Source: Lama glama (Eukaryota). Taken from it: 64,000 nucleotides of DNA. The translations under genes and the position numbers were made by a program. Shown here in pieces: positions 38,271-52,556 of this stretch. The DNA lies in the NCBI GenBank assembly GCA_028534125.1, contig CM052818.1:10914001-10978000 (forward strand). The letters are read 5' to 3'. The number at the start of each line of letters is the position of its first letter. Position 1 is the stretch's first letter. The notes below the pieces were generated by a model, which made no database searches, was not told where the DNA came from, and was given only the letters and a program-made list of their open reading frames with translations.

Positions 38271-39044
38271 GAAATTTTATGGCATCTTTGAACAGCCTCT
38301 TTCTTCACAAGCCTTGGGCCTATCACTTTCTAATCTCACCTTTCTTCACTGAAGGTCTACCGCTGTCACTGTATTACATGTTTCTTCCTAAATGGTCAGC
38401 TCAGTAATTTGAGAATCTTTATTGATGTTCAAAATCATAGCTTTCACAAGACTTTGTTAACCCTTTCAACTCTGATGGCCTTGATATTAATGTGCTTCTG
38501 CCACCCTTCTGCTTATACCACTTTAGACTCCTCGTAAGACTGACCCACCTTCAATAATCCATATTTAAGAGCTCCCCTTGCCCACCACAACCACCTTGCC
38601 TTCTGGCTGTTCAGTTCCTTCCCATCGCCTGCATCTGTTCTTCACATTAGTGATGACCACTGTGTGCTCAGCCCATCTCAGTTCTCCTACTTCTTCATCC
38701 TACCTCCAGCTTCATGGGCCTTCCCCAGCCCCGAAGATGACACGTCAGTTACTTTCAAGTGGTCCCCTCTAACAGTATAGCCACTCTGCACAGTGCCCTT
38801 AAACTATGTCATACCCCCAAAATGAGTTACCTTACCGTTTATAGGCTACTCAGTCATTCCCAAGCTGCCAAGCTTTGCCGGATACATTTATGAGAAAGTT
38901 GCCTGCTAAACTCTTGTTTCCCAACCTCACTTTTAGGCATCTTATTATCTTATGCCTCTCTGAACTATATATCCCTTTCCTCTCTGGGAAAAAAAAAATA
39001 AGTGTTCTAACATTTTCTACATTTTTTATGCCTCATTCTTAACC

Positions 39045-39225
39045 ATGCCGTCCTCACTCTGAACAGATGACCTTCCTTCCTACTTTACTGAAAAAGCAGA
39101 GGCCATCTGGTGCAACCTCCATAATCTTTCCTCCTCTCCATCTGTCACCACGCTTCACTCTCTGAAACTTTCTCTGATATCTTCATCTTTCCTTCTCTTC
39201 CCTCCTGTTTCCTTCTCCCTTCCAA
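39045..39225 (+). mobile_element. L2 ORF2 fragment
   Basis: cagatgaccttccttcctactttactgaaaaagcagaggccatc (DDLPSYFTEK-like L2 motif). Confidence 0.65.
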
Positions 39226-41738
39226 AAGAAATCCTAGGTTTTTAAAAATAATAACGACTGTGTATAAAGCACTGAATTAGACTTACACATTTCACGCATA
39301 GGCCTCTCACTGACATTTAAAAATAGGTATTTCAGGCACCATGTCAGGAAACTGAGACTTCATAGTTAGCAGCTACTCCAAGGTCACCATGCACCATGGG
39401 GCTCTTTTATCTACTGCTTAGTTTTTCCAGGATCTGCCAGATACACCTCTTCCTTCTTTGCCATCTTCGTCTTTTTCTCTGTTTTAGCTTACATAAACAT
39501 ATAAAAAAGCATCTAATTTTCTAAATAAATTTTGCCATGAAGAACATAGATCAGTTATTTTGAAAAGATACTAGTGTAAGAGTATCATTCTGCCATACTC
39601 ATTTATTTAGTTATTAGGGAAATTTTAAGAGGCTTCCTAAAGTCCATCAGTCCAGAAATTGTTTGCTGCTTATAATAAAAAATATCTCCCTAAGCCTGAT
39701 TACTAGATGTTTACAATTCTTTAAAGTTAACAGAGCCCAATTAATGTATAACTTATATACAATCAAATGCACCCATTTTTAGCAAACAGTTCACAGATTT
39801 TTGCTATATGTATACATTTGTGGAACTTCCATCACAATCAAGATATAGAACACTCCCATCACTTCAGTTAAGTTCCCTTAAGCCTATTTGCATCTGTCTT
39901 TACTCCACTCAACCAACCCAGTTCCCATGCAACCACTAATCTGCTTTCCGTTACTATAGATTATGTTTACCTGTCCCAGAATTTCATATAAAAGGAATTC
40001 TACAACATGTAATCTTTTGTTTTTTACTTCTGTCATGTAGCATCATAGTGTTAAGTGTATCAGTGTTCTCTTTCTTTATTGCTGCATAGTACTCCATTGA
40101 ACGGAAAGAACACAAATGGTTTTTACATTCAATTGTAGATTGACATTTGGACTGTTCCCAGTTTTAAGGTATTACAAAGAAATTTGCTGTGATTATTTAA
40201 TTACAAGTCTTTTTGTTAAAATATGTTTCATTTTTCTTAGGTAAATAATTTTAAAAGAATTGCTTGATTCCAGAGTAAGTGTGTTTCATTTATATTAAAA
40301 AACAAAAACAAAAAAATACCTGCAACTATTAAACTGCTTTCCAAAGTGATGGCACCATTTTACACTACCATCAGCAATATGAGAGTCCCAGTATTCCACA
40401 CCCTCATCAATAATTGGTATTGTCAAACTTTATAATTTTAAGCATTGTAACAGGTGTAACAGGTGTGTAGAAGTAATCATTTTAATTTGCATTTCCTTGA
40501 TGACTAATGATGTTGACCATTTTTCTTGTGCTTATTGGCCATTTGCACATTTTCTTTTGTGAAGTGTCTGATAAAATCTTTTGCACATTTCTACATTGCC
40601 TTATTTGACTTGTTATAATTGAATTGAAAGATCACTTTATATATTCTTGATATGAAATAATTTGTCAGTAATATGTATTGCAAATATTACTTTTCAGCCT
40701 ATCATTTGTTTATTTTCTTAATGGTGCTTTCCAAATCACAGTTCAAATTTTTATGAAGTCCAATTGATGTTTTTTTTTCTTTTTTGGTTAGGTTGTATGT
40801 GTGTGTCTCTGTGTATGTCTCCTATCTAGGAAGTCTCTCTTTTTATTGAAATATAGTTGATGTAGAATACTATGTTAGTTTCAGGTATACTACATAATGA
40901 TTTGACATGTGCATACATTATGAAATAATCACCATTATAAGTCTAGTAATCATCTGTCCCCATACAAACTTATTACAATATTATTGACCATATTCCTTGT
41001 GCTGTATATCACATCACTCTGACTTATTTATTATATAACTACAACTTTTTACCTCCTAATTCCCTTCACTTATTTCACCCACCCCCAAACCCTCCCTTCT
41101 GGCAACAACCATTTGTTGTCTGTATTTATGAGTCTGTTTTCATTTTATTTTGTTTGTTGTGTTTTTTAGATTCCACCTATAAGCAACAGCATGTGGTAGT
41201 TGTCTTTTGCTGTCTGTCATATTTCATTTAGTGTAATACCCTTTAGACACATATTGTTACAAATGGCAAAATTTCATTTTTATGGCTAATAGTCCATCGT
41301 ATATATATGCTACATCTTCTTTATCCAATTGTCTATCAGTGGACACTTAGGTTGCTTACATAGCTTGTCTGCTGTAAATAATACTGCAGTGAACATTGGA
41401 ATGCATATATCCCTTCGAATTAGTGCTTTTGTTTTCTTTGACTAAGTACCTAGAAGTGAAATTACTAGATCATATATCAGTTCTATTTTTAATTTTTTGA
41501 GGAAACACCATTCTGTTTTCCATAGTGGCTGTACCAATTTACATTCCTACCAACAGTGCATAGGGTTATCTTTTTTCCACATCCTTACCAACCAACACTT
41601 GTTATTTGTTCTTTTTGATAATAGCCATTCTGAGAGGTGTAAGGTGACATCTCATTATGGTACTGATTTGCATTTCCCTGATAATTAGTGATGTTGAGCA
41701 ACTTTTCATGTGCCTGATGGCCATCTGTATGTCTTCTT

Positions 41739-41836
41739 GATTCATAATCATTTTACAGTGTTGTGTCAAATTCCAGTGTTCAGCACAATTTTTCAGTCAT
41801 TCATGGACATACACACACTCATTGTCACATTTTTTT
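41739..41836 (-). mobile_element. ~98-bp lineage-specific L1 3' tip inserted in the 6.7-kb L1
   Basis: cattttacagtgttgtgtcaaattccagtgttcagcacaatttttcagtcattcatggacatacacac; TSD tgtatgtcttctt (41726-41738) / tgtatgccttctt (41837-41849). Confidence 0.85.
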
Positions 41837-43702
41837 TGTATGCCTTCTTTAGAAAATTGTCTGTTCAGGATCTCTGCCTATTTTTAAAATGAGTTGTTTG
41901 GTTTTTTGATATTGAGTTATATATTTTGGGTATGAATCCCTTATCAGATATATCTTTTGCAAATATCTTCTCCCATTCAGTAGGCTGCCTTTCATTTTGT
42001 TCACAATTTCCTAAACTGTGCAAAAGCTTTTTTTGTTTGTTTGTTTGATGTAGTCCCATTTTTAAATTTTTGCTTTTGTTTCCCTTACCTAAAGAGACAT
42101 ATCAAAAATAATATTGCTAAGACCAATGTCAAAGTGCATACTTCCTGTGTTTTCTTCTAAGAGTTTTATGATTTCCAGTCTTACATTCAAGTGTTTAATC
42201 CGTTTTGAATTTATTTTGTATATGGTGTGTGAAAGCAGCCCAATTTGACTCTTTTGCATTCAGCTGTTCAGTTTTCCCAACACCATTTATTGAAGAGGCT
42301 TTCTTTCACCCACTGTATATTCTTGCCTCCTTTGTCATAGACTAATTGACCATTAAATGTGGGCTTATTTCTGACATCTTTCTTCTGTTCTTTTGATCTA
42401 TGTGTCTGTTTTCCCCCCAGCACCATACTACTTTTATTACTATAGCTCTGTAGTATAGTCTGAAGTCAGGGAACATGATTCCTACAGCTCTGTTATTCTT
42501 TCTCAAGATTGTTTTGGCTATTCAGGGTGTTTTGTGTTTCCATAAAAATATTAGAATTGTTTGTTCTAATTCTATGATAAATGCCATTAGATTTTGACAA
42601 AGATTGCATTAAATATGTAGACTACCATGGGTAGTGTGATCATTTTCACAATGTTATTTTTTTTCAATCTGTAAGCACGGTATGTCTTTCTATTTGTTTG
42701 TGTCATCTTCAGTTTTTTTCATCAGTGTCTTACAGTTTTCTGAGTATAGGTATTTTACCTCCTTGGTTAGATTTATCCCTAGATGTCTAATTCTTTTTGT
42801 TGCAATTGCAAATGGGATTGATTTTTAAATTTCTCTTTCTGATAGTTCATTGTTAGTGTATAGAATCATAACAGATTTCTACATATTAATTTTCTATCCT
42901 ACAACTTTATTAGTTCTACTAGATTTTTAGTACTGTTTTTAGGGTTTTCTACATATAGTATTATGTTTTGTGTATACAGTCACATTTTTACTTTTTCCTT
43001 TCCTTTTCCTTTTTCTTTTGTTTATTTATTTTTTCTTGCCTGTTTACTATGGCTAGGACTTCCAATACTATGTTGAATAAAATTGGTGTGAGTGGGCATC
43101 CTTGTCTTGTTCCTAGTCTTAGAGGAAATGCTTTTAGCTTTTCATCATTGAATATGATGTTGGCTGTAGGTTTATCATATACAGTCTTTATTCTGTTTAA
43201 GTATGTTTTATCTATATCCACTTTGTTGAGAGTTTTTAATCATGAATGGATGTTGAATTTTGTCAAATGCTGTTTATGCATCAATTAAGATGATCATAAG
43301 ATTTTTATTCTTCAATTAGTTAATGTTATGTATCACATTGATTTACGTATTTTGAAACGTCCTTGCATCCCTGGGATAAATTCCACTTGTTGATGATATA
43401 TCATCATTTTAATGTGCTATTGAATTTGGCTTCCTAAAATTTGGCTAAGGATTTTTGCATGTATGTTCCTTAGTGATATTAGCCTGCAGTGTTCTTTTCC
43501 TTTTTATTTTCTTTTTGTGGTATCTTTGGTTTTGGTATTAGGGTGATGCTGGCCCCAAAGAATCAGTTTGGAAGCAGTCCTTCTTCTTCAGGTTTTTTCT
43601 TTGAAAAGTTTTGAGAAGTATAATTATTAACTCTTCTTATAATGTTTGATAGAATCCACCTGTGAAGTTGTCTGGTCCTGAACTTTTATATGTTAGGAGT
43701 TG

Positions 43703-43908
43703 TTTTTTTTTTCTTCTTCTTCTTCTCCTTCTTCTCCTTCTTCTCCTTCTTCTCCTTCTCCTTCTTCTCCTTCTTCTCCTTCTTCTCCTTCTCCTTCTCC
43801 TTCCCCTTCTCCTTCCCCTTCTCCTTCCCCTTCCCCTTCTCCCTCTCCCTCTCCCTCTCCCTCTACCTCTCCTTCTCCCTCTCCCTCCTTCTCCTTCTTC
43901 TTCTTCCT
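43703..43908. repeat. (CTT)/(CTCCTT)/(CTCCCT) compound pyrimidine microsatellite inside L1 ORF2
   Basis: Seen directly; source of the poly-R, poly-L and SP-repeat ORFs. Confidence 0.97.
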
Positions 43909-45241
43909 GATTCAACTTAATTACTGGTAATTGATCTATTCATATTTTCTATCTCTTCATGATCCAGTCTTGGGAGAGTGTACATTTCTAAGAATTTTCC
44001 ATTTCTTTTAGGTTGTCCATTTTACTGGTGTTTAACTGTTCATAGTAATCTCATTTGATTCTCTGTATTTTTGTGGTGTTGGATGTAACTTATTTTTCAT
44101 TTCTGATTTTATGTATATGGGCCCTCTCTTTTCATTTTTCTTAATGCATCTGGTTAAAAGTTTATTAATGCTTCTATTTCATTTATTTCTGCTCTGATCT
44201 TTATTATTTCTTTCCTTCTACTAACATTCAGTTTGGGTTTTTAGTTTGGTTTTTTTGTTTGTTTGTTTTTTTTGTTTAGTTCCTTTAGGTAGGCATAAGG
44301 TGAGATTGTTTAGTTGAGATTATTCTTGTTTCCTGGAGGTACGCTTATACTACTATAAGCTTCCCTCTTAGAACTGTTTTGCTGTATCTCATAGATTTTT
44401 GGATCATTGTGTTTCCACTTTCACTTGTATCTGGATATTTTTTGCTTTCCTTTTTGATTTCTAGAGTGACCCATTTGTTGTTTAGTAGCATATTGTTTAG
44501 CCTCCAAGTGTTTGTGGTTTTGCAGTTTTTTGTTTGTTATCTTCAAAGTTTGTGGCTGAAAAACTTTGTGGTTGGAAAACATGCTTGATTTGATTTCCAT
44601 CTTCTTAATTTTGAGATTGTTATATGGCCTAGCATATGATCTATCTTGGAGAATGGTCCATGTGCACTTGAAAAGAAAGTGTTTTCTGCTGCTTTTGGAT
44701 GGCATGTTCCATAAATATCCATTGTCTGTCTGTTCTAATGTGTCATTTATGACCAGTGTTTCCCTTTTGACTTTCTGTCTGGATGATCTGTCCATTAACA
44801 TAAGTGGAGTGTTGAAGTCTCTTACTAATATTGTGTTACTGTGAATTTCTCCCTTTATGTTTGTTCATATTTGCTGTATGTATTTAGGTGCTCCTATATT
44901 GGGTGCATATATATTTATAATTGTTATATCTTCTTTTTGAATTTATCCCTTTATCATTATGTAATGTCCTCCTTAGTCTCTTGTAGGCAGAATATAGTTA
45001 GGTCTTGTTTTTTTTAATCTACTTAGACCTTCTATATCTTTTGTTTGGAGCATTTAGTATATTAACATTTTAAGTAATTATTGATAGATATGTACTTATT
45101 GCTATTTTGTTTATTGTTTGCTGGATGTTTTTGTGTTTTTATTTCTATCTTTAGTGTTATATTTGGATTCCTTTCTCTTTTGTGTGTGTGTATCCATTAG
45201 AGATTTTGGTTTATAGTTACCATGAGTTCATATATAACTAT

Positions 45242-45266
45242 ACACACACACACACACACACACACG
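45242..45266. repeat. (AC)n microsatellite
   Basis: Seen directly. Confidence 0.95.
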
Positions 45267-48200
45267 ATTAAGTTCATAATTTCTTAAGTTTGAGCATATT
45301 CTAACGACCCTGTATTTTTATTCCCCTCCCCCAACATTTAGTGTTTTTGACATCATATTTTACATCTTTTTGTTTTGTGTGGCTCTTAACTATTTATTGT
45401 GCATATAGATAATTTTAATACTTTTGTATTTTCATCTACCTACTGGCTTTACAAGTAGTTCATCTACTACCTTTAATGTATGTTTGCCTTTTCCAATGAG
45501 AATTTTCTTTTCATAATTTTCGTATTTCTAGTTGTGGCCCTTTCTTTTCCACTTAAGTCCCTTTAACCTTTCTTATGAAGCTAAGTTAGTGATGCTGAAC
45601 TCTTTTCACTTTTGCTTGTCTATAAAACTCTTTTTCTCTTCTTCAAATCTGAATGATAGTCTTGACTGGTAGAGTGTTCTTGATTGTAGGTATTTTTCCT
45701 TTAATTACTTTGAGTAGACCACTCCCTTCTGGCCTATAATTTTCTGCTATAAAGTCAGATAATGGTCTTATGGGAGTTCCCTTGTATGTAACTAGTTGCT
45801 TTTCTCTTGGTGCTTTTAAAATTCTCTTTATCTTTAATTTTTGCCATTTTAATTAAAATGTATCTTGGTGTGGACCTCTTTTGGTTTAGCTTGTTTGGGA
45901 CTCTGTGCTCTGTGCTTCCTAGACCTGGATGTCTGTTTCCTTTTCCAGGTTAGGGATGTTTTCAGCTTATTAGTTCTTCAAAAAAGTTCTCTGACTCTCT
46001 TTTTTTCTCTCTTCTCTTTCTGGGAGCCCTGTAATGTGAATGTTAGTATGCATGATGTTGTCTCATAAGTCTCTTAAACTATCCTCATTTTTTTTAATAC
46101 TTTTTTCTCTTTTTTGTTTAGCTTCATTGATTTCCACCACATTGTCTTCTAATTCACTGATGTGTTTCTCTGTATCATCAATCTACTGTTGATCCCTTCT
46201 AGTGTATTTTTTATTTTCGTTATTATATTCTTCTGCTCTGTTTGGTTCTTTTTTATATTTTTAACTTTTTGTTAAAATTCCCACTGTGTTAATTCATTCC
46301 TATCCTGAGTTCTTTGAGCATATTTATGATCATTACCTTGAAAGCTTTTTCAGGTATCTTATCTGAGGTGTTGCTTATCTTCACTTTGTTTAGTTCCTTT
46401 TCTGAGGTTTTGTCTTATCCCTTCATTTGGAACACACTCCTTTGTCTCTTCATTTTGCCTAATTCTTTGTGTTTATTTCTGTGTATTCGGTAGGTCAATT
46501 ACATTTCCTGATCTTGGAGAAGTGGACTTATGTAGAAAACATAAGTCACAGTGTGGGCCCAGCACCACGCTCCTTTCTGGTTACCAGAGCATTATGTTCT
46601 AGGGGCGCCCCTTCTGTGGGCTACATGGGTCCTTCTGTTGAGGGGAGGCTGACTAATATGAGTGTGCTGGTAGGCAAGGCTGGTTCCTGGCCCAGCTAGC
46701 TGCCAGGCCCTCACTATGTGGCCCACTAGTGGGTGGGGCCAGGTTCCAGCATATCAGTGTAGGGCATTTAGGGAGCCCTGAGGTTGGTGTCAGCCCACTG
46801 GTGAGCAGAGCTAGGACCTGATATGGCTGGCTGCACAGCCTGGGGTGTGGCCTGAGGCTGGTGCTTACCTGCTGGTGGGCAAGTAAGCCCCTGGTACTAA
46901 TAGGCTAGAGGGAGGACTCCAAAATGTCCCCTTCTAGCACCAGTGCCCTCACTGTAGAACAAGTTTCACTAAATATAGCTGCTGCCAGAGTCCGTGTCCC
47001 CAGAGGAAGTCATAGTTGCCTCCTGCAAATCTGGGAGACTCTCCAAGGTCAGCAAGTGGGTCTGACCTAGTATCCTTTAAAATTACTGCCTCTGCACTGG
47101 GACTCAAAGCATGTGAGATTTTTGTGCATGCCCTTTAAGAGCAGAGTATCTGTTTCATACAGCTCCTTGGCTCTCCTGTATGCCCTGTTAACCTTCAAAT
47201 TCAGACATTCTGGGACCTCATCTTCCCAATATAGAACTCTAGGGCTGGGAGCCCAATTTGGGGCTCAGACCCCTCCCTCTTTGAGGAAACCTCTGTAATT
47301 ATGATTATCCTCCCATTTGTGGATTGCCTTCCCAGGGGTGTGGGTCTTGACTCTACCACATCTCCAACCCTCCTACCTATTTCATTGTGGTTCATTCTTT
47401 GTATCTTCAGTTGTGGAAAATCTTTCCTGCTCATCTTCAGATAATTCTCATAGATAGTTGCTCTGTAAATAGTTATAATTTTGGTGTGCCCATGGGAGGA
47501 AATGGGCTCAGGGTCTTCCTACTTTGCTGTCTTGGCCACTATCCCTCTAGGACGTCTATCAACCTCAAGATTGCAAAGGTTTTCTCCTGTGATTTCTCCT
47601 AAAAGATTTAGCTTTTATTTTAGGTCTGTCATTCATCTAGAGTTAATTTCCGTGCATGGTGTGAGGTAAGGGCTGAAGTTAATTCATTATAATTAAGTAC
47701 AATATTTATAGTAAGTCTTTAATCAAGTATATGTGTCTTTCATATATTTTTTTTCCTTCAACATTGCTTTGGCTCTTCTATATTCTTTGAGTTTCCATAT
47801 AAATTTCTCATATAAATTTTAGAAGTAGCTTATTAGTTTTTACCATATAGCCTGGTAGGATTTTCTTAGATTCTGATTGGGATTGTATATAATTTGTAGA
47901 CCGTTTAGAGAGAGCTGGTATCTTAAAAGGATTATCTTCCTTCCAATTCATAAATATTTTAAATCTCTTCATGTATTTAAATCTCTTAATTGCTCCCAGC
48001 AATGCTTTTTAATTTTCAGTGTGAAGACATTGCACATATTTTATTAAATTTACCCTTAGTAATTTTATGATTTTGAAGCCAGGATATATGAAATTTAAAA
48101 ATTTTATTTTCAAATTTTTCATTGCTAGTATATAGAAATGCAATTAATTTTGGTATGCTGATTTTTTCTATGTTGTGACCTTGCTAAGTTCATTTATTAC

Positions 48201-48551
48201 TCCTAGAGACTTTTATATAGCTCTTTAAGATATTCTATGTGTATGATAATATCATCTGTGAATAAAGACAATTTTATTTTTTTATATCCAACCTTTGTGC
48301 CTTTTGTTTTCTTTTCTTGGCTCATTTCATTAACTGAGACTTTTAGTAGTGAATACAGTAGAAATGGTGTTCAGAAAAACTTGCCTTGCCCAAACATTAG
48401 GGAGAAATTGTCAGTCTTTCGTGAATAAATATAATACTTGCTCTAGTTCTTTTGTATATACCCTTTGTCTTTCTAACTTTGCTGAGCATTTTTTTTTATC
48501 ATGAATGAGTGTTACAAATCATCAAATGTATATCTTTATCTATTCAGATAA

Positions 48552-48556
<5 letters not shown>

Positions 48557-48590
<34 letters not shown>
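48557..48590. repeat. (TG)17 microsatellite
   Basis: Seen directly. Confidence 0.95.
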
Positions 48591-48594
<4 letters not shown>

Positions 48595-51500
48595 CACATA
48601 TATATATTCATGTATGCACCAGGCACTCATATGACTCTTCAACTTTTCTATTTCATCTTGTGTTAGTTTTGTTTTTAGGAATATGTTGTTTTTGTTAATT
48701 TGTTGAATTTATGGCCTAGAATCTTTTATAATTTCCTCATAATATCTTATTCATGTAGGATTTTTAGTATTGTCTGCTCTTTCATTCTTGTTATTGGCAA
48801 GTATGTCTTCTCTCCTTCTTCACTTGATAACTCCATCTAAGCATTTGTCAAGTTTATTGATCTTTTTAATAACCAGCATTTGATTTTATTAATTTTCCAT
48901 TTGCCTGTTTTTCATTTCCTTGACTTTTTACTCTAAACTTTACTATTTCCTCCTTTCTACTAAACTTGAGTTCAATTTATTCTTTTTCTTAATGTGGAAT
49001 GTTTTATTACTTAATGTGGCAGCCTAATTTTTTTATCATTTCTATCTTCTAATATAAGCATTTTAAGCTAAAAAATTTCCCTGATATACTACTTTAGCTG
49101 CATCTGGTGCATTTTGATATGTTCTGTTTTACTAAGTTTACAATATGTTTCAGTTTCCCTTTTGATTTTCTCTTGAGCTGTGTTATTTTAAAATATAGGG
49201 ATTTTTGTCTCCCAATAATTGTGTTTTGCAGGGTTTTTTTCTTTTTTTAATGGATCCTATTTTAACTCTCTTCTAGTCAAATAGGATACTCTATGCCCTT
49301 TGATGTTTATTGACTCTTCTTTTTTGGCACAATATATGGTGACTTTGAATGAATAATCCATGTACATTTGAAAAGAATGTGTATTTTGTTGTTGCTGTGT
49401 GTAATGCTACATAAATATTAATTAGTTCATATTGGTTGATAGATTTGATGTCTATTTCTTCTATTAAACTAAGAGAGGGGTATTGAAATTTTCAGTTACA
49501 ATTATAAATTTGTCTATTTCTTATGGTAGATCTGTGATTTTTTATTTCATATATTTTGAAGCTCTGTTATATAATGGCATACACATGTAGAATTTCTTAT
49601 ATTTTAATGAATTTATCACTTATCCTATGAAACATCCCTCTTTATCTTTTGAATATTCCTTGATCATAATCAGATTTTTCTGGTATTAATATAGGTGATC
49701 TAGTTGTCTTTAAAATAATGATTGCATACGATACCCCTTTCCACCTTTTAACTTTTATCCTATCTCAGTTTTTATAGTTAATGGCTATTTCTTGCACATA
49801 GCATATAATTGGATTTAGCTTTGGTTATCTAATCTGTTTGCCTTTGCGTTTAAATTATAGTGCCAAACCATTTATATTTAATATAATTATTGGTATAGTT
49901 GGATATAAGTCCATACATTTTTTTGCTTTTTTTTTTGCTCTCCATCCTATTTTTTGTTACCTTTTCCCCCTTGCCTTCTTTTTGCTTACATGAACTTTTT
50001 TTGTATTCCATTTATTTTTCTTTGCCTTTTTAAGTATATCTCATGTTTCATTTGTTTTTAAATTAGTGAGTGTGATGGGATATACAGTATACATTTTTAA
50101 TTTGCCACAGTCTACATCCAAATGATATTATACTCATTAAGTACAATATAAAAATTACAACAATGTTTTTCTATTCTCCCTCTACTATTCTTTGTCTCTT
50201 TTTCATGAAGTTTATCTTTACACATTTATAATTCACAAATACTGTATTATTTTTGCATTAAATTTTAAATTATGTTTTAAATAAATAATAAATGAGAGTC
50301 TTTAGTTAGCTACTCTTATATTTTAATTTCCAGTCTTCCTCTTATCTTCATAAGGATTTCAATTTCTATCTGGTATTATGTTTTCTTCTGCTTGAAAAAC
50401 TTCCTTTAACATATCTGTGCAACAAGTTTGATGTTGATGAATTCTTTCACTATTTTTGACTGAAAAAGCTTCTTTATTTAATTTTCATTCCTCAGGATTT
50501 TTTGTTATATATAGAGTTTTAAACCTACAGGTTTTCCTCTTTTTGCACTCAAAATCTTGTCCTATTGTTTCTGTCTTGCATTGCTCCTGATGAAAATTTA
50601 GCCCTTATTTTTAATCATTTTTCCTTGTACTTAGTGTATATTTTTAGCCTAGCTGTTTTTTAAATTTTTCTTTTTAAACTGGTTTATAACTATTTCATTA
50701 CAATATGTCCAGGTATGATTTTATTTGTGTTTGTCTTTCTTGGGGTTCTTTGAGCTTCTTAGATTATTGAGTTTTTATTGTTTACATCAATTATTTCCTG
50801 TTACTATTTCTTTAATTTTCTTCAATATTTTTGATCCTTTTTTTATGACTCTAATATCACTTGGATTAGAATACTTTCAAATGATCAACAGATCATTAAT
50901 TCTACTTTTTCTGTTTTCTTCAGCTGTGTTTCTTTCTATGTTTAGTTTTTCTATTGTTTTATCATCAAGTTCACTGATCTTTTCTTTTTCAGTAGTAAAT
51001 GTGCTGTTAGTCTAATATAGTAAATTTTTAATATCAAAATATATACATTATAGCTCTAGAACTTTTGTTTGGTTCTTGTATGTTCCATTTTTTTGGCATA
51101 TTTTTCTTTTAATACTAAATTATATTTAGAAAACTTTTAAATTCCTATATGATAATTCCATCTTTTTGTAATTACTGGGTCTCTTTATGTTCATTGATTT
51201 CCCTCTTGATTATGGGTCATACTTTCCTGCTTCACATGTTTAGTGATTTTTACCTGAATGCAGAAGATTGCTATTGTTATGTTTTTAGTATATATATATT
51301 TTTTGTTTATCTTCATTTTAATAGTATTGAAAACTTTTTTGGTGCTAATTTAATGTACTTTTTATCAGCTTGATCCTTTCAAAGTTTGATTTTGAGCTCT
51401 CCTATGGCAAGTCTAAAGACATTTAAACTACAGTATCAGCCTGTGGCATGGCTTCTCTGAGATCTCTGCTAAGCTTCTCACTCAAGCTCTTAAACATTTG

Positions 51501-52384
51501 ACCGTAGACTTCTATTCCAATTTTATCATCCACTGCCCTATTTATGCACATTATGCTCCAGTCAGCCAGGTCCCTTGTTTGACTTATTCTTTTGGTTCCC
51601 TTTGTCTAAAATGCCCTACTATTTTTCCTGCCTGTTTAAACTGTGTCCTTATTTTCATACATAGATTATGTCATCACTTGTATGCAATCTTCATTGATCA
51701 TCTACATCAAAAGTGACTCCTTCCTTATCGGCTTCTAAGTTTTTTGGCTTGATTCTGTCTTAATTTATCATATTTTGAATTATAGCTATTTGATGTTAAA
51801 TTATTTTGCCTTTCTTAGACTTAGCTTACTCATCTTTAAAATAAAGAGGTAAGGTGGCTAGATTTATCAGATAACATTAGTCTATTGTGAAGAAATGTGG
51901 TATTACATATGAAAAGTTATTATTATTATTATCATTATCTTGATGATAATCTTTTCATCATTATAATGCTATAATGTCCTTGATTGGCAACATCTGGTTG
52001 CCATAAGCATTCTGTAATTCTTTGTATTTTTAACGTTATTCCTCAAATATTATGACCGTTTTATTTGTCCACTATAGATCTCCCAGGCCACAGTCAATCC
52101 AGTTAATCTCTATGCATGAGGAAATTGTGAACAAGTACAATTGCCTAGGTCATGTGCCAAAACATGTATTTCTCAAGCATTTTGATATGTAAATTGAAAC
52201 TATATTTTGGCTCAAATTACTTCGATACTTACTTTAATTGTTTAACCTTTTTCTTGTAGATGTGGATTAATTGGCCGAATAACCTGAAGCTATTAGTTAA
52301 TATGCACTTATTAAGTGCCTGTTAGCTTTCCAATAACATGTTAGGTACTTTGAGTGAAATAATAATAATAATCTTGACAATATT

Positions 52385-52556
52385 CATACTACCTAACATT
52401 TACTGATAATATGCTCTGGTCCCAGCATTGTGCTCAAGGCTTTTACATATAGGAATTCTTTAATCCTCCAAAAAGAAGGCAGTTATAAAAGCTATTTTAC
52501 CCCATTTATTTTACAAAGAAATCAAGACTTGAGGATGTTAAGCAACCTGCCCAAGA
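52385..52556 (-). mobile_element. MIR SINE
   Basis: ctaacatttactga...cagcattgtgctcaaggcttttacat...gttaagcaacctgcccaagatc. Confidence 0.75.

Larger units (their letters stand above)
40840..47545 (-). mobile_element. Decayed, essentially full-length (~6.7 kb) L1 (L1MA9/Laurasiatherian-type) with TSD
   Basis: 3'UTR at 40840; ORF2 remnants ERQPTEWEKIFA (41865-42059), [43 protein letters not shown] (42988-43221, RT) and MDRSSRQK (44421-44801, endonuclease); ORF1 ~45550-46450; more GC-rich 5'UTR to 47545; TSD tctaggaagtctctc (40825-40839) / tctaggacgtctatc (47546-47560). Confidence 0.95.
39715..51480 (-). mobile_element. Old near-full-length L1 (L1MB/L1ME-type 3'UTR), in two parts 39715-40839 and 47546-~51480, split by a younger L1
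   Basis: 3'UTR aaatgcacccattttt...cacaatcaagatatagaacactcccatc...caaccactaatctgctttc; ORF2 sequence resumes in register after 47560 (aacctcaagattgcaaaggttttctcc...ggtgtgaggtaaggg); ORF1-like region at ~50350-51100; heavily decayed. Confidence 0.85.

Noticed and set aside
43637..43930. Poly-Arg, poly-Leu and SP-repeat ORFs
   Set aside because: They are translations of a pyrimidine microsatellite inside a dead L1.
40840..47545. Potentially active full-length L1
   Set aside because: ORFs are broken by many stops, indels and insertions, and the RT catalytic aspartates are lost.
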